From positions 68,890 through 132,889 of the forward strand of contig CALSMF010000006.1 in assembly GCA_943787385.1 (NCBI GenBank): 64,000 bases of DNA. The letters are read 5' to 3'. The DNA comes from an uncultured Luminiphilus sp. GTDB lineage: Bacteria > Pseudomonadota > Gammaproteobacteria > Pseudomonadales > Halieaceae. The notes under the pieces were generated by a model. That model made no database searches. It saw only the letters and a program-made list of their open reading frames with translations, and was not told where the DNA came from. A program made the translations under genes and the position numbers. Within the stretch, counting starts at the first letter, position 1, and each line of letters begins with the position of its first letter. This document shows positions 50,970-61,794 of the stretch, piece by piece.

Positions 50970-51401
50970 CTAGCGTTGCTCCGAGCTCCAGTTACCCAGA
51001 TCGGCGCTCTGAGCCTCGCCTCCAGGTAAGCCATCGGCGCCGTAGCTAAAAATATCGACCTCGCCATTTTCTCCGGGGGACAGGTAAAGATAGTTCCGGC
51101 CCCAAGGGTCGACAGGAACCTCTTGGAGATAACCACCCGACTTAAAATTACGGGGCTCAGGGGTCAAGGCAGAGGGCTCTACTAAAGCCACTAGGCCCTG
51201 CTCGGTGGTTGGATACACGTAGTTATCTAACCGATAAATTTTTAAAGCTGTCTCTATCGCCTTAAAGTCGGCCTGAACCTTTTGAATACGAGCGTCATCT
51301 GCACTGTTGAGAACAGTTGGCGCGACGACACTAATGAGCAAACCCATAATCACCAGTACGACCAAAATCTCTATCAGGGAGAATCCATGCTGATGCTTCA
51401 T
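50970..51401 (-). CDS. gspG: Type II secretion major pseudopilin G
   Basis: GFSLIEILVV, YRLDN..YPTTEQGL, DPWGRNY, SYGADG. Confidence 0.97.
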   Translation of the reverse strand: MKHQHGFSLIEILVVLVIMGLLISVVAPTVLNSADDARIQKVQADFKAIETALKIYRLDNYVYPTTEQGLVALVEPSALTPEPRNFKSGGYLQEVPVDPWGRNYLYLSPGENGEVDIFSYGADGLPGGEAQSADLGNWSSEQR

Positions 51402-51405
51402 TAAC

Positions 51406-52626
51406 TTACCTCACCATTGTGTTCAGATCGAAGATCGGCAGTAGTATGGCTAAAACAATAATGAGTACTACGCCGCCCATTAAAATCACCATCATAGGTT
51501 CAAACAAACCCATGACAGTGCCCAAAGTCATTTCAAGTTCGCGCTCTTGATTAGTGGCAGAGCGCTCCAGCATAACTTCGAGCTCTCCAGATACCTCCCC
51601 AGAAGCCACCATGTGAACCATCATTGGCGGAAAACAATCCCCTTGAGATAGCGCTTTATTTAAACTTGAACCTTCTTGAACATTATCTGCCACCTTAATT
51701 GCGGCTTTTTGCAACTCCCGGTTACTCATAACCGAACCGGCAATATGTAGCGCATCCAACAAGGGCACACCGCTGCCCATCAAAATACTGAGTGTGGACG
51801 AAAAGCGCGCGGTATCGATACCCACCAACACCCTATTGATGCCGGGTATTTGCAGTAGAAGCTGATGCCACCTAAGCCGACGCCGGGGCTCCTGCAACAG
51901 TTGTCGAATAACAACGACACTCAGTAATAAACCCATCAATAAATACAGGCCCCAGTCACGCAGGAAATCACTGGTCGCAATCAACCCAACGGTCAATGGC
52001 GGTAGTTCCTTTTTTGTATGGGTAAAAATGCCCACTAACTCAGGCACCACAAATACCATCAGCGCAGCAACAACGCTCACAGCGACACCCATCAAGACAA
52101 AGGGGTAGATCATAGCGAGCTTAAGCTTCTGCGCCGTGAGCTGCCGGTTCTCTGTGTGCTCTGCCAGCTGTTCCAAAACAGGCGCCAACTGTCCCGCCTG
52201 CTCTCCCGCATGCACCATAGCCCGATACATTTCGCCAAAGGCCTGAGGGTACTGTGCCATGCCGCTCGCCAAGGTATAACCCTCGGACACCCGGGATCGA
52301 ACCTCAAGGAGGATCGATTTTATACTGGCTTTTCGGGTTTGCTCAGCGGCTGCCTGTAAACACTCATCTAACGGTAGCGCTGAGGCGACCAGTGTTGCGA
52401 GTTGGCGCGTTATCAGGGCCAGCTCACTTGCTGACAGACCAGCCCTAAACAGTGTGAAGCGCGGGCGACGGCCCTTGGTCATCTTGACCTCCACACCTCG
52501 AACCTCAACGGGTCGCAGGTTTTGCGCCCGCAACTGCGCCCGTAAATGACGTTCTGAGTCGGCCTCAAGGACACCCTTGATCAGACGACCCTCAGTGTTT
52601 AAAGCCTTATAACGGAAAGCACTCAT
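51406..52626 (-). CDS. gspF: Type II secretion inner-membrane platform protein F
   Basis: TRQLATL, AMIYP, GEVSGEL, FEP. Confidence 0.96.
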   Translation of the reverse strand: MSAFRYKALNTEGRLIKGVLEADSERHLRAQLRAQNLRPVEVRGVEVKMTKGRRPRFTLFRAGLSASELALITRQLATLVASALPLDECLQAAAEQTRKASIKSILLEVRSRVSEGYTLASGMAQYPQAFGEMYRAMVHAGEQAGQLAPVLEQLAEHTENRQLTAQKLKLAMIYPFVLMGVAVSVVAALMVFVVPELVGIFTHTKKELPPLTVGLIATSDFLRDWGLYLLMGLLLSVVVIRQLLQEPRRRLRWHQLLLQIPGINRVLVGIDTARFSSTLSILMGSGVPLLDALHIAGSVMSNRELQKAAIKVADNVQEGSSLNKALSQGDCFPPMMVHMVASGEVSGELEVMLERSATNQERELEMTLGTVMGLFEPMMVILMGGVVLIIVLAILLPIFDLNTMVR

Positions 52627-52641
52627 ATCAAAGGTCGTACT

Positions 52642-54198
52642 TCACTGGACTGCCGTGACCCGCAATACTTCCTCGAGACTGGTCTCACCGTTAATAATTC
52701 GACGACGCCCATCGGCCTCAATGCCTTGATAATTCTTTCGTGCCTGCGCCAACATAGCTTGCTCACTAGCGCCATCGTGAATCATCTCTCGAAGGGTCGC
52801 GTCAATTTCGATCAACTCATAAATACCCGTGCGACCACGATACCCGGTCTCATTACAACTCGGACAACCTTTCGCTCGATATAGCGTGGGGTGCGTGGTG
52901 TCGGTGAGTTCTAACAGTTCGCATTCCACAGAGTTCGGCTGATAGTCCTCTCGACAGTCGGTACACAACAAACGCACCAGTCGCTGGGCCATGACGCCCA
53001 GCAGCGAAGAGGACAATAAAAACGGCTCTACACCCATATCCTGCAGGCGCGTTACTGCTCCGATAGCGGTATTGGTGTGAAGTGTTGAAAGGACGAGGTG
53101 CCCCGTTAAGGAGGCCTGCACGGCTATTTCTGCTGTCTCAATATCTCGGATTTCACCGACCATCACGACATCAGGATCCTGACGCAAAATTGCTCGCAGC
53201 CCCCTGGCAAAGGTCATGTCCACCTTAGTATTGACCTGAGTTTGTCCCACTCCCGGCAACATATACTCAATCGGGTCTTCAATGGTCAGTATGTTTCTTG
53301 AACTCTGGTTAATGGACGACAGGCCGGCGTAGAGTGTTGTCGTTTTACCTGAGCCGGTGGGACCCGTCACCAAAATAATTCCATGCGGCCTTGCTAGGCT
53401 TTGGCGATAAGCTTGATCGACCTGCTTATTCATATTCAACTGGGTAAGCTCCAGCTGCCCTGCTTGCTTATCGAGTAAGCGTAAAACTACCCGCTCCCCA
53501 TGGGCTGACGGCATTGTGGACATGCGAATGTCAACCGCATGACCTGCAATACGGATCGAAATCCTGCCGTCTTGTGGAATACGTTTTTCTGCAATATCTA
53601 GCTTTGCCATAACCTTTAGGCGAGAGACTAGCAGCGGAGCTAACATCCGCTTTGGGGACAAAATTTCTTTCAACACGCCGTCGATGCGATACCTAACGCT
53701 GAGCCTGTCCTCAAATGTTTCAATATGAATGTCTGATGCTTGATCTTTCACCGCCTGAGATAACACCGCGTTGATTAAGCGAATAATGGGTGCGTCATCT
53801 TCAGCATCCATGAGATCGCCAAGATCTGGAATTTCATCGATCAGACGCGCCAGATCTACATCAGCACCAATGTCCTCTGCCATTTGCGCCGCTTCGCTCT
53901 GGGTCCGCTGATACGCCAGCGAGAGCTTTTGCTGAAACACCAGTGTATCGACAGCCTGCAACTCAAAGGCAACCCCTAAAAAGCGTCGAACTTCCAACAG
54001 TACTTCTAAGGTCATGGGCTCAGTATGTAACAGCAGACACTGATCACCCGCGTTCTCAATAAGCACCTGATTCGCCTTGGCAAAACTGAAAGGTAAGGTA
54101 CCCCCGCTAGGTGCTGTAGCTGCCACAAGCACCTCTGCTGACGAGGCCGCAATGTTTGAATTGCTAGCCGAAAGTGACGAACTGTCTGCCGAGATCAC
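52642..54198 (-). CDS. gspE: Type II secretion ATPase E
   Basis: [33 protein letters not shown], CxxC pairs. Confidence 0.97.
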   Translation of the reverse strand: MISADSSSLSASNSNIAASSAEVLVAATAPSGGTLPFSFAKANQVLIENAGDQCLLLHTEPMTLEVLLEVRRFLGVAFELQAVDTLVFQQKLSLAYQRTQSEAAQMAEDIGADVDLARLIDEIPDLGDLMDAEDDAPIIRLINAVLSQAVKDQASDIHIETFEDRLSVRYRIDGVLKEILSPKRMLAPLLVSRLKVMAKLDIAEKRIPQDGRISIRIAGHAVDIRMSTMPSAHGERVVLRLLDKQAGQLELTQLNMNKQVDQAYRQSLARPHGIILVTGPTGSGKTTTLYAGLSSINQSSRNILTIEDPIEYMLPGVGQTQVNTKVDMTFARGLRAILRQDPDVVMVGEIRDIETAEIAVQASLTGHLVLSTLHTNTAIGAVTRLQDMGVEPFLLSSSLLGVMAQRLVRLLCTDCREDYQPNSVECELLELTDTTHPTLYRAKGCPSCNETGYRGRTGIYELIEIDATLREMIHDGASEQAMLAQARKNYQGIEADGRRRIINGETSLEEVLRVTAVQ

Positions 54199-56285
54199 AG
54201 ACCCTCTGCCTCGTCTGCAACCGATGGGTCATTCGCTGCCGGCACCTCAGGTAACTGTTGTACCTGAGCCTCCCACTCGGGCAACACTGGCAAATTCCCA
54301 TCGTCCAGAAACATAACACCCCGCGCTCGTCTTTCCGCCTGTTGATCGCGAATATAGCGATACTTTTCAGCCGTGGCGCCACGCAAAGAGGCATTGTCGC
54401 GAACGATCGTAGGACGAATAAAGACCAGCAAATTAGATTTAGTGACAGAGACCACATCATTTCTAAACAAGCGGCCTAAAAGCGGAATATCTTGAAGGAA
54501 AGGCACGCCTTGCTGACTGTCCTGAACGTCATCTTTGACCAACCCACCCAACACAACAATCTCGCCGTCTTGCGCCAATACCTTGGTTTCAATTTTACGT
54601 TCATTGGTAATCACATCGGCAGCTGCGAGAAGCTGCTGGCTGATGCTCGAGACTTCCTGAACGATATCGAGAACCACTGAGTCACCTTCATTGACTTGCG
54701 GCGTGACCTTTAGCGTGATGCCCACATTTTCCCGCTCGATCGTTTGAAACGGGTTTTGTACATTGCTACCGCCGCCAGAATTGCTGTAGGAACCGGTGAC
54801 GAAAGGCACATTTTGGCCCACCGTAATGTAGGCTTCCTGATTGTCGAGGGTGAGCAAACTGGGTGTCGACAGAATATTGGCGTTACCCTGTGTCTCCAAG
54901 GCATTCAGTATTACAGACATGGAGAGATCATCTCCGACAACGCCCCAGCCCAAGGTCGTTCCCGGAACCTGCGACAAGGCACCCGCTAAATCTCTAACGC
55001 CGACATCGGCATTACTATTGTCATCCCCTAAAAGCGCATTACCAATAGCGGCATTACGTTGCTGCTGGGCACTGCTAGTGCTGACGTTACTGCCAAACAC
55101 CCCGCTGTCGTCTGCGAAAATCCACTGCAGGCCCAACTCCTGACCTTCCGTGATCTCCATCTCAACAATAATCGCCTCTACCAAAACCTGAGCACGACGA
55201 ATGTCGAGCCTAGTAATCACCGCCTCCAGCGACGCCATTTCGTCGGCATCTGCAGTAATAATAAGCGCATTGGTGCCCTCATCGGCTTCAATAGTTGAGT
55301 TGTTGCTTGTGTTCTGTTTGCGATCACCACCAGCATCTAGCCGGGTGATATTTTGCATGACCCGAGTTAGAACCTCGGCCACTTCAACAGCATCGGCATA
55401 CTCAAGATAAATAACCTTCACGTTTCCGCTTTGCTCTAATGGCGTATCGAGGTAGGTAATGAGGTCTTGAATACGTTGAGAGTTGAGTTCGTCTGCGGTG
55501 ACTACGACACTGTTGGTGCGCTTATCTGCTACCAGCGTCACTTCATCATTGCTCTCGGCACCGTCGCCACGGGCTTGCTTTTCTAGTGTTTGCAGCATTT
55601 TCACCACATCTTCGGCAACAGCGTAACGAAGTTTGATCACCTGCGTGCTTTGAATAGCAGACCGATCCATACGATTAATAATTTCCACCACACGATTAAT
55701 ATTGGAGGCAATATCAGAAATAATAATGGCATTGCTCGGCGCATAGGCAGCCATGTGGGCCTGCTGTGGTACGAGTGGGCGCAATACAGGAATCAACTTT
55801 GCTGCCGATATATTTTCCAGGCGAATCACTTGGGTGACGTACTCATCGTTAGAACTCACCGTGCCCGCAGGGGGAACCTCTACCGGCGAGGAGCGCGCAT
55901 CTTTATTGGGAATAACACGAATGACGTTGCCTGTTCGCACCGCCGTGTAACCGTGCACATCTAAAATCGACAGGAACAAGTCATACAACTCACTCTTGTT
56001 GACGGGCCGAGAGGACACCACCTTTATCTTGCCTTTAACACCGGGATCAACAACGATCGTGGCACCCGTGACATCGGCGACAAATTTAATCAACTCCTGT
56101 ATGTCAGTATCTTGCAGATTGACCGTATATTCTTGGGCCGAAACCGTTTGAATATTCGACAAAGAACACGCAAAAAGAACCACGGTCAGCGCCGCAAAAA
56201 TCCGTTTCATAGACCCTCGTAACAACCATGCTTGTTCGTAACCGCTTCTAAATGCCGCCATCATGTAGGGCTCAGTTCTTTTCAT
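54195..56285 (-). CDS. gspD: Type II secretion secretin D
   Basis: N0 DIQELIK, repeated N domains, [33 protein letters not shown]. Alternative start at 56210. Confidence 0.96.
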   Translation of the reverse strand: MKRTEPYMMAAFRSGYEQAWLLRGSMKRIFAALTVVLFACSLSNIQTVSAQEYTVNLQDTDIQELIKFVADVTGATIVVDPGVKGKIKVVSSRPVNKSELYDLFLSILDVHGYTAVRTGNVIRVIPNKDARSSPVEVPPAGTVSSNDEYVTQVIRLENISAAKLIPVLRPLVPQQAHMAAYAPSNAIIISDIASNINRVVEIINRMDRSAIQSTQVIKLRYAVAEDVVKMLQTLEKQARGDGAESNDEVTLVADKRTNSVVVTADELNSQRIQDLITYLDTPLEQSGNVKVIYLEYADAVEVAEVLTRVMQNITRLDAGGDRKQNTSNNSTIEADEGTNALIITADADEMASLEAVITRLDIRRAQVLVEAIIVEMEITEGQELGLQWIFADDSGVFGSNVSTSSAQQQRNAAIGNALLGDDNSNADVGVRDLAGALSQVPGTTLGWGVVGDDLSMSVILNALETQGNANILSTPSLLTLDNQEAYITVGQNVPFVTGSYSNSGGGSNVQNPFQTIERENVGITLKVTPQVNEGDSVVLDIVQEVSSISQQLLAAADVITNERKIETKVLAQDGEIVVLGGLVKDDVQDSQQGVPFLQDIPLLGRLFRNDVVSVTKSNLLVFIRPTIVRDNASLRGATAEKYRYIRDQQAERRARGVMFLDDGNLPVLPEWEAQVQQLPEVPAANDPSVADEAEGL

Positions 56286-57280
56286 TACTTTGGGGACCCC
56301 GACTGTAAAGCGACAGTAAGGGTGAGCGGCGCACCCTCACGTTCAATATCAAAAGTGATTTCCTGGGCATCACGCATCAAGCCGTAAAGACGAGCGCCAT
56401 TGGACGCATCGAGCAGCGACAGCCCATTAACCCCGGTGATTAAGTCACCAGACTCAAAACCAATTGCCGTAAAATCATCAACGTTTTTTGCCGGTGTGAC
56501 GCGATAACCGCGAAGCCCATCTGAGCCGCGCACAGGCTGGATCGTTAACAGATCTGAAACTGACTGGGGTTTATCATAAAACTTTTCACGATAATCGGCG
56601 GCTAGCTTACTGCTGCGATCAGACCCCGCTAAAGCTCTGACCGGTGCTATTTCAACAGGTGTGAGTTTTGATGGCGTAGTGGCGGTTGCCGGCCCCCCAA
56701 TAGACCCAAGCGAAAGCGCCGAGTCGTCAAACAGGTTTAGCAGCTCGTAGGTGCCATTATTATCCAAAACCACCCGGGTCGGTAACACCTTAGCGAGTCG
56801 TACGCGCGCAGAGATTGGCAGCTCATCTCCCACGGCAAAGGTGGCCTGCCTACCCTTGACCTCAATAACCGCCGTACCTTCATCGGGTTCACTTCCTGCA
56901 AGAGTGCCCACCAACTTTAGATCGAGCTGCGTATCTCGCGCCCCGTTTTCGATACCCTCTGGCACGGCATCAGGCACCAGCTGCCTTTCATCTACCGGCT
57001 CTGAGCCGGCTGCCACACCGAATAACCCAAGACCCAGCATACCCTCAAGCGCCACCTCATCGGCTCCGACGCGCGTTGTCGCGGGAGTCGCCGGATTAAT
57101 AATCGCTGCCGGCATAGGACTGATTTTCGAAGCAGGCCAAAACGCCAAAATGAGGGCAGAAGCGCTAAAAGCGGCCCAGCAGGCAACCAATACAATCACC
57201 AGCTTTTGAAATTTTGCGGACAAACTCATGGAGCCCACCCGCAAGGCGAATTCCACGGCCTGAGCTTTTAGTCCACTCAT
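56285..57280 (-). CDS. gspC: Type II secretion protein C
   Basis: TM, HR domain (DTQLDLKLVG, VVLDNNG.YE.L), PDZ (GDLITGVNG). Start uncertain. Confidence 0.9.
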   Translation of the reverse strand: MSGLKAQAVEFALRVGSMSLSAKFQKLVIVLVACWAAFSASALILAFWPASKISPMPAAIINPATPATTRVGADEVALEGMLGLGLFGVAAGSEPVDERQLVPDAVPEGIENGARDTQLDLKLVGTLAGSEPDEGTAVIEVKGRQATFAVGDELPISARVRLAKVLPTRVVLDNNGTYELLNLFDDSALSLGSIGGPATATTPSKLTPVEIAPVRALAGSDRSSKLAADYREKFYDKPQSVSDLLTIQPVRGSDGLRGYRVTPAKNVDDFTAIGFESGDLITGVNGLSLLDASNGARLYGLMRDAQEITFDIEREGAPLTLTVALQSGSPK

Positions 57281-57477
57281 TTGTTGATAAGATTTACTCA
57301 CGGTACCCAACGCAACTCCGTATAGGGCTCTCACCCTTTGGGGATTATTGATCCGTCCACGAACACCGCAGTTTCCACCAAAAAGCAAGGAATCCTGACC
57401 CTTCAGGGTCGTGACCTACCAGTGACTCTACTCTAACGCGGCCGCATGGCGGATGGTAACCTAAATCAGGTTTCATT

Positions 57478-57507
57478 TTTATTACAGCTGCGTTTATTAC
57501 AGCTGCG
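57478..57507. repeat. Perfect 15-bp tandem duplication spanning the GGDEF gene stop
   Basis: TTTATTACAGCTGCG twice (57478-57492 and 57493-57507). Confidence 0.85.
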
Positions 57508-58636
57508 CCGCTTTGGTGATTTCCACCTCTCCCGAAATATTGCAAGTACTCGCCTGCAGGACCGATTCGAGCATCATTCCCGACAATTCAGAGATTGCGC
57601 GCCCCGGATACTCTTTAGGATTGACCGATGCCCAACTCACATTGGGTCTCACTTCAATCGATCCTCCCGTTCCGTCGTCGAGTAAGTCTCGACTCAGCTC
57701 TTCTTGATAGCGAGCACCAATAGCCTCAATAGAACTCGGCTGCGCCTCTGTCACCACAACACCAAAGCACATGGCGTCGACACGGCCAACAGCATCGGTT
57801 GCACGCAGTCCTCCGGCAATTTTATGAGCCACCTCGCTTAACAACCGCCCTTGAATGTGTTGCTGCGACAAATTCGCCATGCCTTCGAGACCGCAAAGCC
57901 TAATCGACACCAAAGCGACATGCCGCCCAGCTCTGCGTGCGCGGCCAATCTCCCGATCAAGATCTCGGGTAAAACCCTCTCTGTTGGCAACACGAGTTAG
58001 GGGGTCGACCAGCATTAATTCAGACGTGAGCTGAGCACCGGTTGATAAACGTAAAGCGACTGGCACCAAGCTCATAAAATCAAACAGTAACTCGAGATCT
58101 CCCGCGTGGCTCGTCAGATCAAGGCGGGGTGATTTGAAGTGCAAGCTACCCACAATGTGCTCCTGCTCAACCGCAGGAATAACGAAAACATCTTGTCTAT
58201 CAGTGGTATCGGCCAGAATCCCAAAGTCGATAATGTCGTGGTCGGCGATAGCCCGTGGAGCAACTTGGTCGCTATATATGGACGTGATTTTTGTCGAGTC
58301 AGGTGTCAGCATTAGCTGACCGTTCAAATCTGGAGTATCACCCAAGCTGCCGCCCAGCATGCCCACGGGGTCGTGCAACCAAAATTCAACTTGCTCGCAG
58401 CCCAATATGCGACTGATTCCCGAGAAAAAAACCTCGAGCAAGACCGAGGGGCGATTCGAGTCGAGCATATCGCTATGTAGGGCAGTCAGCGCACGCGCAA
58501 GGTAGCGACTCACTTCAATACGCTCTTCCAGTGCAACAGGAATGGGGGCTTGGACAGGAAGGCCCGGCGTTATTTCCTCTACCGAATACCCCGAGTTACG
58601 GCCCCCTCCAAAGTTTCCGTGGTCACGCTCGCTCAT
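57497..58636 (-). CDS. GAF/DUF484-like domain plus degenerate GGDEF domain protein
   Basis: DPLTRVANR...DREIGRARR marks a GGDEF domain. The signature is replaced by DAMCF and RATD sits at the I-site. The N-terminal region (PAVEQEHIVGSLHF) looks GAF-like. Confidence 0.75.
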   Translation of the reverse strand: MSERDHGNFGGGRNSGYSVEEITPGLPVQAPIPVALEERIEVSRYLARALTALHSDMLDSNRPSVLLEVFFSGISRILGCEQVEFWLHDPVGMLGGSLGDTPDLNGQLMLTPDSTKITSIYSDQVAPRAIADHDIIDFGILADTTDRQDVFVIPAVEQEHIVGSLHFKSPRLDLTSHAGDLELLFDFMSLVPVALRLSTGAQLTSELMLVDPLTRVANREGFTRDLDREIGRARRAGRHVALVSIRLCGLEGMANLSQQHIQGRLLSEVAHKIAGGLRATDAVGRVDAMCFGVVVTEAQPSSIEAIGARYQEELSRDLLDDGTGGSIEVRPNVSWASVNPKEYPGRAISELSGMMLESVLQASTCNISGEVEITKAAQL

Positions 58637-58661
58637 AGGCTGCCTCAAATATCGATCACTT

Positions 58662-58690
58662 TTGTGGATAACTAGCTCATCCCCTATACT
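58662..58690 (+). promoter_or_regulatory. Putative sigma-70 promoter of the thiamine operon
   Basis: TTGTGG-N17-TATACT ends about 10 nt before the riboswitch. Confidence 0.5.
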
Positions 58691-58699
58691 GCCACTGTA

Positions 58700-58787
58700 C
58701 CTGCGGGGTGGCTAGCGCCTGAGATACCGAAAATAACTCGGTAAACCCGTTGAACCTGAACCGGATAACGCCGGCGTAGGGACAGGC
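58700..58787 (+). promoter_or_regulatory. TPP (thi-box) riboswitch
   Basis: CCTG-C-GGGGTG...CTGAGA-TACCGA..TCGGTA-AACCCGTTGAACCTGA-ACCGGATAACGCCGG-CGTAGGGA-CAGG contains the conserved TPP aptamer elements. Confidence 0.95.
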
Positions 58788-58846
58788 TTCTTATCTCGAC
58801 AGTAATGCTGTGAGCCTGTTCTATCCCGGATAAGTGAGAAAAAGGG

Positions 58847-60937
58847 ATGTCAACACGCTCAGTAACCTCTGCACGACGCGGCTCGGTAGGCCTTACACTA
58901 CTGCTTTTAACGATTCTCTCAGGCAATGCGGCTTCTAATGCGCTGGAAGAAATTCTAGTATCGGCTACTTTGAGACCCGCTCATGGCGAGCAACGATCGA
59001 TCACTGTTTTTGATCAAGCTATGATCGCGCTCGGTCAGCACAACACTTAGAAGATCTACTTTCGGCCGCCCCCAATGTGAACAGCGCCAGTGGCGCTTCT
59101 CGCGGACGCTTCATCCAAATCCGCGGTGTTGGCGAGCGCAGCCAATTCGTTGAGCCCGTTAATGCCTCTGTCGCTATGCTGCTTGATGGCATTGATCTCA
59201 CGGGCTTGGGCGCAGCAGCAACGACCTGGGATATTCAACAAATTGAAATTCTGCGGGGGCCCCAGGGCACTTTACTGGGGGCCAATGCGCTGGCGGGGCT
59301 CATCAGCCTGAACAGCACCGCAGCAGACAGCAGCGGTCTGAAATTCGCCATTGGTGCCGAAAATAACGGCGGCAGTCGCTTGGGGGCGGCCGGCGGTGGC
59401 GAGCTAACCGACAACATCTCGGGGCGCGTGGCGATAGAGCAATATCGCAGCGATGGCGCGATAAAAAATACTTATCTAAATCGAAGGGATACCCAGAGGA
59501 AAGACGAGCTGACCCTGCGAGGTGGGCTCGTCTGGCAGGGCGTCAACCAGCGTGTTGAAGCCAACTGGCATTTTTTTGATGTAGACAATGGTTACGACGC
59601 ATTTTCGCTGGATAACACTCGCCAAACCCTGTCGGATGAACCGGGACGTGACACCTTGCGAACCCATGCCGGCAGACTAAAGTGGAGTTCACAGGGCACA
59701 GTAAATTTGTCGGCCCAGCTTAGTGTTGCTGACACTGACACAGAGTACGCCTATGACGAAGATTGGGCCTATGTTGGGATTGCCCCTGCACTAGAATATA
59801 GCTCCTTCGACACCTACTTACGCGATCGCGATATGCAGAGTTTGGAGATTCGTGCTGACAGCGACTATGACAGCTGGCGCTGGACTGTGGGAGGCTACCT
59901 CAAACATGAACGAGAAACCCTAACGCGACAATATACCTACCTTGAAAGTGACTTTAACAGCGCGTTAACCGTGGACACCGGCGCGGTGTTTGGGCAGTTG
60001 GACGTTAACCTAACAGATACTGTGACAGCCTTTTTAGGCGGACGACTCGAACAGCGCAAAGCTGATTATGCCGACAGTGAAAAGGTGAACAGCGATCTCA
60101 CAGACAACCTTTGGAGTGGGCGCCTGGGAATTGACTGGGCTCCGTCGCCTCAACAAAACTTTTACCTCAGCATCAGCCGTGGCGTTCGAGCTGGCGGCCC
60201 TAACAGCACCTTGTTGTCTAATGGCGCTAGCTCTCTCCGCTAGCCAGGAGAACCCAGCCGATCAGCTGGGACAGTTTGACGAAGAGTCTCTCATTAATAC
60301 CGAGGTGGGCTGGCGCTGGCGCAGTGCCAGTGGCGCATTACAAAGTGCCCTCGCCTTATTTTCAATGGAGCGCAGAGACCAGCAAGTTAAACAGTCATTG
60401 AACCTAGTCCGCGAGGATGGCAGCACGCAGTTTATAGAATACACAGACAACGCGGCGAAAGGACATAACCGGGGAGTGGAGTGGCAAGGGGCTTGGTCGC
60501 CCACCCAGACAGTGCAGTTAGAGGCCTCTTTGGGCTATCTCAGAGCCCGCTTCGATACCTATCGTACCGCCACCGGGCAAGACCTTTCCGGGCGGGATCA
60601 ACCACAAGCGCCTGAGTGGATGGGCAATGTGGGCATCAGATGGACCCTAAGCCAGAACTGGTTGGCAGGCGCTGACATTAGCGCCATGGACAGTTACTTT
60701 TTTTCCGATCGTCATTCAGTACGCTCTCCGTCACGGCAACTTGTGAACGCGCATCTCGACTGGACCTGGGATAGCTGGCGGATATCGCTGTGGGGACGTA
60801 ACCTATCGAATGAGACGTATTACACTCGAGGCTTCGGGAGCTTTGGTAATGATCCCCGCAAAGGCTATGTTTTGGAACCTTATTTTCAATATGGCGAGCC
60901 CCGAACCTACGGCATTACCCTTAACTATGAGCGCTAA
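58847..60937 (+). CDS. TonB-dependent receptor, probably for thiamine (two apparent frameshifts, near 59026 and 60200-60243)
   Basis: Signal peptide, TonB-box-like LEEILVSA, plug motif IEILRGPQGTLLGANALAG, C-terminal GRNL...GEPRTYGITLNY. Three fragments: 58847-59050, 59077-60243, 60116-60937. Confidence 0.88.
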
Positions 60938-60960
60938 AACGCAAGAGGACACCGGCTGTT

Positions 60961-61224
60961 ATGGAATTATCTGCTGAACTCAGCTTGTACCCACTCACCG
61001 GTGACGTCGACACCTCGGTGTTGGCTTTTATCGAAGACCTGCACGAATCAGGCGAAATTTCAGTGGTCACCAACACTATGAGTACACAAATCTCCGGGGA
61101 CTGGGATGCCGTGATGAGTGCGGTCAATATTGCGCTGAAACGCAGTAGTCAACGCATAGACCGACAAGTTCTGGTGGTGAAATATTTGCCTCGCCACAGA
61201 ATTGAGATTGGAGCGGAAGGCTGA
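60961..61224 (+). CDS. YkoF/thiamine-binding-type small protein
   Basis: SAELSLYPL...TNTMSTQISGD ferredoxin-like pattern; inside the TPP operon. Confidence 0.75.
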   Translation: MELSAELSLYPLTGDVDTSVLAFIEDLHESGEISVVTNTMSTQISGDWDAVMSAVNIALKRSSQRIDRQVLVVKYLPRHRIEIGAEG

Positions 61225-61794
61225 GTGATGAACTGGGCTGAACCCGTCGCAGTGACTTTGGCCTTGGCCTACGTTGTTTTTGCGATCAAAGAGAGGCGCT
61301 TCGCCTGGGTTTTAGCCGCTGCGAGTGCCGCTCTTTATTTGCGAATATTTTTTGTGGTCGGGCTTTTTATGGAAGCGGGTCTACAACTGTTTTACATACT
61401 CATGGCGATTTATGGGTGGGTCGCATGGGGACGCGATAGCGGTGCAACACAACTTCCTATCAAGCGCTGGCCCCTTCGCCTTCACCTTTTACTTTTAGCC
61501 GCGGTACTAGTATTAGGCACCCTGTTAGGGCTGCTCCTGAGCCAATTTACCAATGCCAGCCTACCCATTCCGGACAGTATCACCACCATCGCCGCATTAC
61601 TGGCGACCTGGATGGTAGCTCGAAAAATTCTGGAAAACTGGCTGTGGTGGATTGGCATTGATTTGGCGTCGATTGTACTGTTCCTTAATCGTGGATTGGA
61701 TCTCACCGCCCTGTTATTTGCGGGTTACGTTGTACTAGCGCTTGCGGGGTGGCTGAGTTGGAAACAACACTATCAAACTCAAATACGGTGCTAG
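61225..61794 (+). CDS. pnuC: PnuC-family transporter (probable thiamine transporter, PnuT type)
   Basis: LQLFY, YGW..W, DSITT, ATWMVARKILENWLWWI..D. Confidence 0.9.
   Translation: MMNWAEPVAVTLALAYVVFAIKERRFAWVLAAASAALYLRIFFVVGLFMEAGLQLFYILMAIYGWVAWGRDSGATQLPIKRWPLRLHLLLLAAVLVLGTLLGLLLSQFTNASLPIPDSITTIAALLATWMVARKILENWLWWIGIDLASIVLFLNRGLDLTALLFAGYVVLALAGWLSWKQHYQTQIRC

Noticed and set aside
45718-57507. T2SS operon as a mobile island bounded by repeats
   Set aside because: The two flanking tandem repeats differ in sequence, and there is no integrase, transposase, tRNA or visible compositional shift.
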